32,000 nucleotides of DNA from Candidatus Saccharimonadota bacterium (GTDB taxonomy: Bacteria > Patescibacteriota > Saccharimonadia > Saccharimonadales > Saccharimonadaceae): the NCBI GenBank assembly GCA_002421785.1, contig DIRZ01000002.1, positions 300,001 through 332,000 of the forward strand, given 5' to 3'. The position numbers and the translations under genes were made by a program. Positions 7,912 through 16,319 of this stretch are shown in pieces (position 1 is the stretch's first letter; every line of letters starts with the position of its first letter). Below the pieces are notes generated by a model. The model saw only the letters and a list, made by a program, of their open reading frames with translations. It was not told the origin of the DNA and did no database searches.

Positions 7912-9237
7912 ATGAGGGGTATTGTTAGGCGCATAGTACTAGCTGGCGGCGCGATCGCCATTTTGGGCGGATTCTACGAGGTTTCGGCAGATACCTTTAG
8001 CTCGACAAACTACGTGATTAATGCGAGTGTCATGAACAGCACCGGTGGCCTGGGCACATCGACGAGCTACAAGCTAGTGAGTAGCGCGGGCGAGAGCGTA
8101 ATCGGAGATGGAGCAAGCGGTAGCTACAAAATGAGCGCAGGCTACGTCGCGCAACTGCAGCAGGCTGCTCCGCAGTCGATGACACTTGCGGTGCAGCCGA
8201 GCGGGCTTGTCGGGTATTATCCGCTGGACGAAAATACAGGTACGGTAGCGGGTGATGACTCTTCTAACGCTGCTCACGGCACACTTGTCGGTTCACCAAC
8301 CTGGGCAACGGGACAAGTGGGCTCTGCGTTGACATTCAACGGTTCGTCACAAGCGGTATCGGTGGGGAATAACTCACAAACACAGCTAACGAACGGCACT
8401 GTTTCCGCGTGGGTTAAGTCGACGGCCAGCACTGGTACTCGCGCCATTGTGCACAAACTAAATAGCTATTATCTCCAGTTTAGTGCTGGTAAAGTTGCAC
8501 TGTACGATTGGACGGGGGCAACCACCTGTGCGGCGACTGCTAGCTCTACGGATGGCAACTGGCATCATGTGGCAATGACGCTGCAAAGCGGGGTATCGAA
8601 TGGCACTACCCTGTATGTTGATGGCGCAGCAGTAAAAACATGCACGTGGACGCCCGTTAGCCAAACGGGGAGCCTGGTTATTGGGGCGGCGTACTCCGGT
8701 TCGTATAGTGACTACTTTGATGGAACGATTGACGAAGTAAAGTTGTTTAGTCGCGTGCTCAGCGCAGACGAAGTTGCGGCAGAACGATCGGCGGGCGTCG
8801 CTGGGTTCCCGGCCGGCGTTGCTATCAGTAATATCATTCCAGGCAGTCCGGCAAGCGTAACGGCGGATGCAATTGTAGAAACAGTAAACGTACCAAATTA
8901 CACGCTCACCATCAATCAAGATCACGATTTGCAAAATGGCGGCAACACTATCGCGGCGATTAGCGGTTCGATTGCATCGCCGGCGGCATGGTCGAATGGC
9001 ATCACTAAGGGGTTTGGTTTCACGCTGGTTTCTGCGCCGGGGCTGGACGGCAAGTGGGGAAGTGGGGCTAATTACGCGGCGGCACCTGGCTCGGCAACGA
9101 CGTTCTATACCCGGACTGGGGCGAGCAACTCTGTGAAAGACGTGGTGGCAATGCGACTTAAAGCCGACACAACACTCAGCACTCCAGCTGGCCAGTATAC
9201 CAATCAGCTAACGATAACAGGGACAATTACACCGTGA
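7912..9237 (+). CDS. LamG/concanavalin-like lectin-domain surface protein with a WxL-like C-terminal module
   Basis: Signal/anchor MRGIVRRIVLAGGAIAILGG. LamG-type signature: GYYPLDENTG, GTLVGSPTWATGQVGSALTFNG, VSAWVK, WHHVAMT, LYVDGA, YFDGTIDEVKLFSRVLSADEV. The last ~130 aa parallel the 5587 product and end PAGQYTNQLTITGTITP. Start trimmed to ATG 7912; the ORF-track 7819 start would overlap the upstream gene. Confidence 0.8.
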   Translation: MRGIVRRIVLAGGAIAILGGFYEVSADTFSSTNYVINASVMNSTGGLGTSTSYKLVSSAGESVIGDGASGSYKMSAGYVAQLQQAAPQSMTLAVQPSGLVGYYPLDENTGTVAGDDSSNAAHGTLVGSPTWATGQVGSALTFNGSSQAVSVGNNSQTQLTNGTVSAWVKSTASTGTRAIVHKLNSYYLQFSAGKVALYDWTGATTCAATASSTDGNWHHVAMTLQSGVSNGTTLYVDGAAVKTCTWTPVSQTGSLVIGAAYSGSYSDYFDGTIDEVKLFSRVLSADEVAAERSAGVAGFPAGVAISNIIPGSPASVTADAIVETVNVPNYTLTINQDHDLQNGGNTIAAISGSIASPAAWSNGITKGFGFTLVSAPGLDGKWGSGANYAAAPGSATTFYTRTGASNSVKDVVAMRLKADTTLSTPAGQYTNQLTITGTITP

Positions 9238-10079
9238 GTCGCTATTGGTTGGCCATCATTTTTGCGCTGGGTTTGACCTTTTTATGTAACAGTTCACCCG
9301 CAGCCGCCTCATCAATCCGCCTCCAGCCCGCAATTGTTCGTGGCGAGCTTGAGGGTGGCGAAAAACAAAAAGGCTATATTGACGTCATTAACCCTGATTC
9401 CTCAAAGATTGTCGTGTCGTTTAGTGTGCAGGCATTTCGGCAAAAGGACGACAGTGGGGCGGTTGAGTTCTATGAGGATGCGCAGCTGAGCCGGGGCCTA
9501 TTACTCGATTTTAACGAAGTGGAGCTAGGCGGTCACGAGGCACTCAGGCTTTATTACCAGGCGGATGCAGCGCTACTACCGGCCGGGGACGTACTCGCGG
9601 CTATCTTTGCTACGGTGAAGCCCGTTAAGGATGCGCCGGCTGCCCAAGCGGTGCGCGTCGGTACCTTGCTGGTGTTGCAGAATACTAGTACGCCCAAGCG
9701 CCAGCTCGCAGTGGCGGAACTGTCGGCAAGCCCGTTGCAGTTTGGTTCGGCCCTCCAGGCCGAGTTTGCTTTGCGGAATGATTCTCCACCTGTCAACGCG
9801 TTCTTCCCACAGATTACCGTGAGCACTGCGCCCTATGGGAAGCAGGTTGTAGAAGGCCCATTGGTGACGTCGGGGCGTCAGCGAACCATTAGCTATGTAA
9901 AACCAGGTGATTATTTAGGCCCCGTTAAGGTAACGGTAAGTGTTGATGGCGGCCAAAAATCGGCGTGGATTTTTGCTATAACAGGTTTCTGGCAGTGGCT
10001 GTTTCCGCTGCTGCTTGGCATTGTTGCAACAATCTTTGCGATATTCCGTATGCGAACTGTTTATAACAGGGGTAGATAA
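9234..10079 (+). CDS. second CscA-like / chaperone-like beta-sandwich protein with a C-terminal TM anchor
   Basis: GTG start overlaps the LamG gene stop (GTGA), suggesting translational coupling. Signal peptide LAIIFALGLTFLCNSSPAAA. SIRLQPAIVRGELEGGEKQKGYIDVINPDSSKIVVSFSVQAFRQ has the same architecture as the 6191 product. C-terminal TM WQWLFPLLLGIVATIFAIF plus RMRTVYNRGR. Confidence 0.7.
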   Translation: MSRYWLAIIFALGLTFLCNSSPAAASSIRLQPAIVRGELEGGEKQKGYIDVINPDSSKIVVSFSVQAFRQKDDSGAVEFYEDAQLSRGLLLDFNEVELGGHEALRLYYQADAALLPAGDVLAAIFATVKPVKDAPAAQAVRVGTLLVLQNTSTPKRQLAVAELSASPLQFGSALQAEFALRNDSPPVNAFFPQITVSTAPYGKQVVEGPLVTSGRQRTISYVKPGDYLGPVKVTVSVDGGQKSAWIFAITGFWQWLFPLLLGIVATIFAIFRMRTVYNRGR

Positions 10080-10082
10080 CGC

Positions 10083-10111
10083 TTGCGTTTATACTAGGTA
10101 CGCAATATAAT
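10083..10111 (+). promoter_or_regulatory. sigma70-type promoter TTGCGT-N17-TATAAT for the giant beta-helix gene
   Basis: -35 TTGCGT at 10083-10088, exact 17-nt spacer, consensus -10 TATAAT at 10106-10111. This leaves a ~90-nt 5' UTR containing AAAAGAGG at 10168-10175. Confidence 0.6.
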
Positions 10112-10205
10112 TTATAGTGAGCCACCGTGTACCAATGTGTAGGCGTGTGGAGAAATTAAAAAACATAAAAAGAGGTAAACAATAATAAACACGCTTAAAA
10201 AGTCC

Positions 10206-13200
10206 GTGTTGTTATTCTTCGTGCTACCGGCGTTAGCCACTGCAGTAGCACTTGTTTGCTTTGGTCAAACTGCCCAGGCAGTGCAGACCGTCCCCTATAA
10301 AATGAACTTCCAAGGCCGCCTAACTGATGCCGTTGGCACGCCAAAACCTGATGGTATCTACAACATTAAATTCCGCATCTACAACGCCGCCAACACTGCC
10401 GTTTGGACGGAAGACCGTTTAGTCTCTGCCAGCCAAGGTGTCCAAGTCACGGGTGGCCTATTTACCGTCCAGCTCGGGAGTATTACTCCTCTCGACCCCG
10501 CACTCTTTAACACAGCTACCACCAACCAAAACGGCATGACCCTTGAAGTTGAGCTGCCAACCCCCGCGACTGCTACCTCCAGCTCCCCAAGCTGGACAGA
10601 AGGCGCCATGACGCCTCGTAGCCCCCTGGCTACCAGCGCCTATGCGTTCAATAGCGATACGCTGGATGGGTTGGATAGCACTGATCTCGTCCGTAACCAA
10701 AACTCCGCCCAGCAAACTGCCAGCAACTTCTGGATTAGCGGCACAGGCCGTGCTGACACCGCCCTCCAAGCTCCCCTCATCGACACTGCCACTGCGACCG
10801 CCCTTAACATCGGTACTACCAATGCCACCCTCATCAACCTCAACAAAGACGTCGCCGTCGCCGCAGGCAAGAGCCTCACCCTCGCCGGTGGCACCACCGC
10901 CAGCCGCCCAGGCACGCCAACCGAAGGCATGATCTACTACGACACCGACACCAAACAACTCCTGACGTATGCGAATGGGAAGTGGCAGGCGGATGGCAAA
11001 GAAGCCATCATTGTGGCAGCAAGTAACTCTAGCGATGCCGACAAGGCAAGTGCCGACTACGTAGCAGACGGCAACACTGCTGCCGCTGCAGATGGTGATC
11101 AGGTGCAGATCAATAACGCGCTGACCGCAGCAGCGGGTAAAAAGGTTGTCTTGCTGGCCGGAACCTATACTGCCGACGCGTCCATCCTTATTCCGAACAA
11201 TACGACGCTGGCTGGGGTAGGCAAAGGGACCTTAATCAAGCTAGCCGATATTGATGTCACTGAGAACTTGATTGAAAACAGCGACACCACGACTGGTGCG
11301 GGCATTGTCATACGTGAACTGATGATAGACGGGCAAAAAGCTTTGAACACGGTGGGAATACAAAACGGTATTTATTTGAACGGAGTTGGGGATGGTACGG
11401 GCACTCGAAATGGAGCATCTGTTATTAACATCAGCGCTAGTGACTTTAATAATTACGGGATAGCGCTCTCGAATTCCAACAACTCTCTTATGACTGGGAA
11501 TACGTCACGTGGCAGTGTCGCTGGTATTATGTTAACTACGTCGTCGACGGTTAACACGGTCAGCAATAACATAGTACAGGGAAACGTCTATGGTATAGCT
11601 GTATTCAGCAATTCCAATAACAATACAATCAGTGCAAATCAGTTTAGCGGTAACACTGGATATGGCATCAGCCTACAGAGCGCCCACAACAACACAATCG
11701 ATACGAATATGCTGCAGGGCAACTCTTCAAGCATATCCTTGATCACAAGCACCTCCAATACTGTAACGGGCAATACGGTTCAGTCGGGCACGTCAAATGG
11801 GATTACTGTGTCTAATAGCGCGGACGGCAATACTGTAACGGGCAATACGGTAGTAAATAGCGCTTCAAATGGCATTGCGGTTAGCTTGAGTTCAAAAAAC
11901 ACAATTACCGGAAACACGATTCAAAGTAGTGTCTCGCGGGGTATATATCTTTTTACTGCGCATAACAACACCGTGAGTGGTAATGCGATACATGATAGCG
12001 CGGGAGCGGGAAATAACTTTGGAGTTATGGCGGATGCTGCGGATTCTAACACAATTACCGGAAACACCATTACCGATACTGCTGCAACCACTAACTATGC
12101 CATTAGTATCGCTAATTCCACCTCCGACAAAAACTACCTTGCTGACAACGTTTTTAGTAGTACCCCTGGCACAGCGACCATTGAAGATCTCGGCACTGGT
12201 ACCACCTACGCCAACCAGCCGCGAGCAGAGAATGGCACCAGGCTTACCACTCGCACCACCAACAACACTGAAGCATTCGTTATTCAAAACGCCTCTGGCG
12301 CCAACCTGCTAACTGCCGATACAGCTAACGGTGAGATCGAACTTGGCTCGGCGTCGCTTGCTGGAAAACTTGTAGTGTCTGATGGCACCTCAAACACACT
12401 TACCTTGAGTGTCGCAGCCTTAGCCGGCAACTACACGGTCACTATCCCGACTATCACTGGAAACGATACTGTTTGTTTGCAGGCACTAGGTAACTGTGGG
12501 GGGGCTCCTAGTGGTACTACCGCTAGCCGCCCCGCAAGCCCCAGCGAAGGCATGATGTATTACGATACCGATACCGACAGCCTCGTGATTTATAGCAACG
12601 GAAGATGGCAAGCCGACAGTAAATCTACAACTTTTATTGTAGCCGCAAATAACTCTCCTCAGGCAGTTAAGGACTCGGCCGACTATGTCGCAAATGGGGA
12701 GGATAGCGTGGGTTCGGGTATTGGGACGCTCGACGGTGATCAGGTGCAGATTAACGATGCGATTAATGCTGCCGCTGCCGCAAGTCCTGCTGGCGGTACC
12801 GTGTATCTCTCAGAAGGTGTCTATACGTTGGATGGGCCGATTGTGATAAAGAATAATATTACATTGGCGGGATCGGGCATGGGGACGGTGATTCAGTTCG
12901 GTAACTTTGGCGCAACAGCCACGAATGTAAACATGGTCACAAACTTCGATACGAGCACAGGAACCGGTGTTATAGTGCGGGATATCCGCCTAGATGGGCG
13001 TGATGGCATCAATACAAACGGCACGCAAAACGGCATATATTTTACAGGTATGGGTGCGAATAGTGGGCCGAGCGCGAGGAGTGGGGCTACTGTTACCAAT
13101 ATCTATGCCAGGGACTTAAAAAATACCGGGGTATATGTTGGCGGTGCAAATAACAAATTGGCCAACAATACAGTTCAAGGAAGTGATACTGCTATATGGT

Positions 13201-15752
13201 TGCAGGTAACTTCGAATACATCTGTCACGAACAATACTGTTCAGGGGAATGGCACCTACGGAATATACCTGGTCTCGTCACTGGATAATACGCTCGCCGG
13301 TAACGTAGTTCAGGGGAACACGTATGGAATTCATTTGGCAACATCTTCAACCGGTAATGCAATTTCGTCAAATACTGTTCAGGGAAATACGAACTCGGGT
13401 ATATATATTGCATCGTCATCGGCGAATAATACAATTTCTTCAAACACCCTAACAGGAAACTCTACATACGGCGCTTACCTTGCAACATCTAACAATACAG
13501 TTACGGGCAACACTATACGAACAGGGGCGACTGGCCTTTACTTGACGGGCGCTTCAAATAACGGAATCACTGGTAACAACTTTGTCGGCAATACAGTGGC
13601 GGGAGTATCGCTCGCTGCATCATCAAACAGCAATGCTATCGCGAGCAACAAGGTGGATGGTACAGGTGGCTCGACTGGTAATAACGGCATATACTTGGCC
13701 GCATCTGACCTGAACAGCATTAGCAACAATGATATTACTGATGGCGCGGCTTCTGGGTCGAATCATCCAATAAACATTAGCGACGCAGGCTCTGATAACA
13801 ACTACTTGGCGAGTAACCGCTTTAGCACGACACCTGCGAATGCGACAATAAATAACCAGAGTACAACCACGAAATTATCAAATCAACCACTCGCAGAAAA
13901 TGGCGGTCAAATTGCTAATCGTACCAATAATGATGCAGCTGCTTTTAGCGTGCAGACTGCTGGTGGCGTCAGTGTCATGACTGTTGATACGGCTAATAGT
14001 GAGGTTGAAGTCGGGGGCGCGATTATTGCAAGTGGCGCAATCAACGGGCTAACGGTATCTTCTGGAACGATTTCGGTTGGCACCTGGCAGGGATCACAAA
14101 TTACAGATGGATATATCTCTGATACGTTAACATCATCGAAGTTTATCGGTAGCGGATCGACTACTGATGGTGTAGACTTGGGCTCTGCTGAGGTAAGCGG
14201 CACACTTGGGGCGACAAGCGGCGGCACTGGCCAAACAACGACTGCAGTAGGTGATTTGCTCATTGGTGCCGCAGGAAATACATGGAACAAGCTTACTATT
14301 GGAGGTAATGGCACTTGCTTAACGTCGAACGGCACGACTGCAGCATGGATTGCATGTGGCGGCAGTTTACAGGCATCATACGCAGCTGATGCCGACGGTA
14401 GTGACGCCATCATCGCCCTCACGGCAACAGACGGTGGCATACTCCTGCAAGACGCAGCCACGCCGCTTGCGACTGCATTTGCGGTGCAAAGCAACGGCGG
14501 TACCGCCACCTACTTCAGCGCATCATCAACTGGCGTGGTCATGCAGGACGCCGCAGGGAACAGCGGATTACTATTTGACTCAACCACGAGCGAACTCCGG
14601 GTTTATGAAAACGTGGCTTCACCAACACGTTATGCCAAGGTGTACTATGATACCGCAACCAACACCGCAATCTTTGGGGCGAGTAGCGGCGCCACACAGA
14701 TTGGCAACTCGGGAACGGGTGGCGACATCAACCTTTCTCTCACTGGATCAACCAATGATAAGCTCAATGCAAATAAAACATTTACACCTACGAGTGGCTA
14801 CTCAGGCTCGGATTTCAACTTTACTCGCAACTTCACAGGTACGGCATATGCGTTGACGGGAAATCTCATGAAGATAGAAGACACGAGTACGTTCACGGGC
14901 GGCTCTAGCGCGCCAAACTTGCTGTATATCAACCAGAACAACACCGGTGCGACAGGCAATCTTATTTTGGCCCGGACGGGCGGAGCAGCAGACAAATTTA
15001 AGGTTGATGTTGCAGGTAACATGACCACTGCAGGCACGGCAACGGTTGGCGGCAATGTGTCGATTGCAGCAGGAGCTTCGTATACAGGTGCCGGTGCTGT
15101 CACAGTGTCGTCTGCCGCCGGGACGAACCTTACGCTTTCTGCGAGCACCGCCGCTCGCATCGTACTCGACAGCACCAATAGCAGGGTCGCAATCGGAACA
15201 TCAGACACGACGGGTACATTGCTGGTGCTCGACACAAAGACAGATGCTTCTGAGCCTACGGCTGTAGCAGGTGGTATGTACTATAACAGTAATATTGGCG
15301 GGGGCACATTCCGTTGTAGTGTAAACGGTAGCACCTGGGAAAATTGTTTGAATGACGTTGTGACATACAGGTTGTTTGCTACTGTCGCCCCTAACACGGT
15401 TGGCACAACTGCCGTACCTGCCGATACTGTAGCTGCTACAAACTTGGGAACTACGGCTAAATACTTTGGCGCACCAATCTTAGCAAAAATGGATGGCTAC
15501 ACTACAATAAGGGTAATATTCCGTGGAGCTAATGCAGGTAGACAGTCAGGTACGGTAACGTATAAAATTAGGAACATCACGGATAGTACCGACTTAATTA
15601 CAGGCACCTTTAGCGATACAACAGTTTCAACTCGCGAGGCGTCGGCTGCGGTTTCGCTGACGGGTATTAAACGGCTAAGCTTTACGGCGGCTTCTTCAGT
15701 GACAGCGGATGACCCATTGTTTGGTGATGTGATGGTGCAGCTAGAGCGATAA
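10206..15752 (+). CDS. giant secreted parallel beta-helix (PbH1/NosD-type repeat) surface protein, adhesin-like
   Basis: 1848 codons. Signal peptide LLFFVLPALATAVALVCFGQTAQA. Two long arrays of 22-23-aa turns such as NNTISANQFSGNTGYGISLQ, NNTIDTNMLQGNSSSISLI and SNTVTGNTVQSGTSNGITVS. Composition is T/N/S/G/A-rich and almost Cys-free. The start codon is uncertain (GTG 10206; see findings). Confidence 0.85.
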   Translation: MLLFFVLPALATAVALVCFGQTAQAVQTVPYKMNFQGRLTDAVGTPKPDGIYNIKFRIYNAANTAVWTEDRLVSASQGVQVTGGLFTVQLGSITPLDPALFNTATTNQNGMTLEVELPTPATATSSSPSWTEGAMTPRSPLATSAYAFNSDTLDGLDSTDLVRNQNSAQQTASNFWISGTGRADTALQAPLIDTATATALNIGTTNATLINLNKDVAVAAGKSLTLAGGTTASRPGTPTEGMIYYDTDTKQLLTYANGKWQADGKEAIIVAASNSSDADKASADYVADGNTAAAADGDQVQINNALTAAAGKKVVLLAGTYTADASILIPNNTTLAGVGKGTLIKLADIDVTENLIENSDTTTGAGIVIRELMIDGQKALNTVGIQNGIYLNGVGDGTGTRNGASVINISASDFNNYGIALSNSNNSLMTGNTSRGSVAGIMLTTSSTVNTVSNNIVQGNVYGIAVFSNSNNNTISANQFSGNTGYGISLQSAHNNTIDTNMLQGNSSSISLITSTSNTVTGNTVQSGTSNGITVSNSADGNTVTGNTVVNSASNGIAVSLSSKNTITGNTIQSSVSRGIYLFTAHNNTVSGNAIHDSAGAGNNFGVMADAADSNTITGNTITDTAATTNYAISIANSTSDKNYLADNVFSSTPGTATIEDLGTGTTYANQPRAENGTRLTTRTTNNTEAFVIQNASGANLLTADTANGEIELGSASLAGKLVVSDGTSNTLTLSVAALAGNYTVTIPTITGNDTVCLQALGNCGGAPSGTTASRPASPSEGMMYYDTDTDSLVIYSNGRWQADSKSTTFIVAANNSPQAVKDSADYVANGEDSVGSGIGTLDGDQVQINDAINAAAAASPAGGTVYLSEGVYTLDGPIVIKNNITLAGSGMGTVIQFGNFGATATNVNMVTNFDTSTGTGVIVRDIRLDGRDGINTNGTQNGIYFTGMGANSGPSARSGATVTNIYARDLKNTGVYVGGANNKLANNTVQGSDTAIWLQVTSNTSVTNNTVQGNGTYGIYLVSSLDNTLAGNVVQGNTYGIHLATSSTGNAISSNTVQGNTNSGIYIASSSANNTISSNTLTGNSTYGAYLATSNNTVTGNTIRTGATGLYLTGASNNGITGNNFVGNTVAGVSLAASSNSNAIASNKVDGTGGSTGNNGIYLAASDLNSISNNDITDGAASGSNHPINISDAGSDNNYLASNRFSTTPANATINNQSTTTKLSNQPLAENGGQIANRTNNDAAAFSVQTAGGVSVMTVDTANSEVEVGGAIIASGAINGLTVSSGTISVGTWQGSQITDGYISDTLTSSKFIGSGSTTDGVDLGSAEVSGTLGATSGGTGQTTTAVGDLLIGAAGNTWNKLTIGGNGTCLTSNGTTAAWIACGGSLQASYAADADGSDAIIALTATDGGILLQDAATPLATAFAVQSNGGTATYFSASSTGVVMQDAAGNSGLLFDSTTSELRVYENVASPTRYAKVYYDTATNTAIFGASSGATQIGNSGTGGDINLSLTGSTNDKLNANKTFTPTSGYSGSDFNFTRNFTGTAYALTGNLMKIEDTSTFTGGSSAPNLLYINQNNTGATGNLILARTGGAADKFKVDVAGNMTTAGTATVGGNVSIAAGASYTGAGAVTVSSAAGTNLTLSASTAARIVLDSTNSRVAIGTSDTTGTLLVLDTKTDASEPTAVAGGMYYNSNIGGGTFRCSVNGSTWENCLNDVVTYRLFATVAPNTVGTTAVPADTVAATNLGTTAKYFGAPILAKMDGYTTIRVIFRGANAGRQSGTVTYKIRNITDSTDLITGTFSDTTVSTREASAAVSLTGIKRLSFTAASSVTADDPLFGDVMVQLER
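10890..14020 (+). repeat. in-frame tandem duplication of a ~1.6 kb (~540 aa) module inside the beta-helix gene
   Basis: Module heads: ASRPGTPTEGMIYYDTDTKQLLTYANGKWQAD (from ~10899) and ASRPASPSEGMMYYDTDTDSLVIYSNGRWQAD (from ~12523). Both continue with DGDQVQIN, a beta-helix array and a tail: NQPRAENG...AFVIQNASG...TADTANGEIELG versus NQPLAENG...AFSVQTAGG...TVDTANSEVEVG. Confidence 0.8.
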
Positions 15753-15759
15753 CACCGGG

Positions 15760-16221
15760 CTATTTTTTGAAAGAAGTGGCAATGGCTACGAAATCGGCAT
15801 ACTTCATAGTTGTAGGGCCGGTCAATATAATCCAGTTGTCGTCAATCTGCATGCTGGCCGTAAGTCTACCCCTGATCTGACCGATAGTGGCATTATTGAT
15901 GGTTTCCGGTAGGCCGAGCTGTTCTTTTTCGAACTTCTCTATAATCGCGCGGTCGGGTTGGGGTTGAATACTAACATTTAACAGTTCGGAGGCTGTTTTA
16001 ATAATATATACGGTCGCTGAGCTTGTTTGGCTGAGGCTACTTTGGTCTACGGTGTAGCCACTCGGCAAGGCAGAAGGGTAATAAACGGCAGCTTGGGTGG
16101 ACTGAGCGTTTTGTACTACTTGGGGTTTAATAAAAACCCTATTTGTCAGTGCCGCTCCAGCTAAAATCGCAATGGATAACACGGCTACTGCGGCAAAAAA
16201 TAGTTGCTTTTTCTTGGACAT
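15760..16221 (-). CDS. membrane-anchored hypothetical protein on the opposite strand between the two giant genes
   Basis: MSKKKQLFFAAVAVLSIAILAGAAL is a signal-anchor, followed by a ~125-aa extracytoplasmic domain. ATG at 16221 is preferred; GTG at 16239 is the alternative. It lies 7 nt from the beta-helix gene stop, in convergent orientation. Confidence 0.6.
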   Translation of the reverse strand: MSKKKQLFFAAVAVLSIAILAGAALTNRVFIKPQVVQNAQSTQAAVYYPSALPSGYTVDQSSLSQTSSATVYIIKTASELLNVSIQPQPDRAIIEKFEKEQLGLPETINNATIGQIRGRLTASMQIDDNWIILTGPTTMKYADFVAIATSFKK

Positions 16222-16266
16222 GTTTTTATTGTAGCGCACAACAACCTGTTATATGCATGTGCTTTT

Positions 16267-16275
16267 TGCTATACT
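16267..16275 (+). promoter_or_regulatory. extended -10 element TGCTATACT upstream of the Kelch giant
   Basis: TG at 16267-16268 and TATACT at 16270-16275, in the 16240-16307 divergent intergenic region. No good -35 is present. Confidence 0.4.
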
Positions 16276-16319
16276 ACTTGCATATAGATATAGGGGTAGA
16301 GCGACTTGTGTTTAAACTG

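Noticed and set aside
10458-15235. Long antisense or alternative-frame ORFs inside the beta-helix gene (10458-10958 minus, 13907-14509 minus, 14350-14856 plus, 14798-15235 minus and others)
   Set aside because: They lie entirely within an 1848-codon ORF that has clear repeat-domain structure. Their translations are low-complexity (P/A/S/V-rich) shadows of the biased T/N/G/S codon composition, with no start signals.
16143-16319. N-terminal extension of the Kelch ORF given in the ORF track
   Set aside because: It would overlap the divergent minus-strand gene (to 16221/16239) and run through the shared promoter region. The translation of this stretch (MSVPLQLKSQWITRLL...CFLLYYLHIDIG) looks non-coding.
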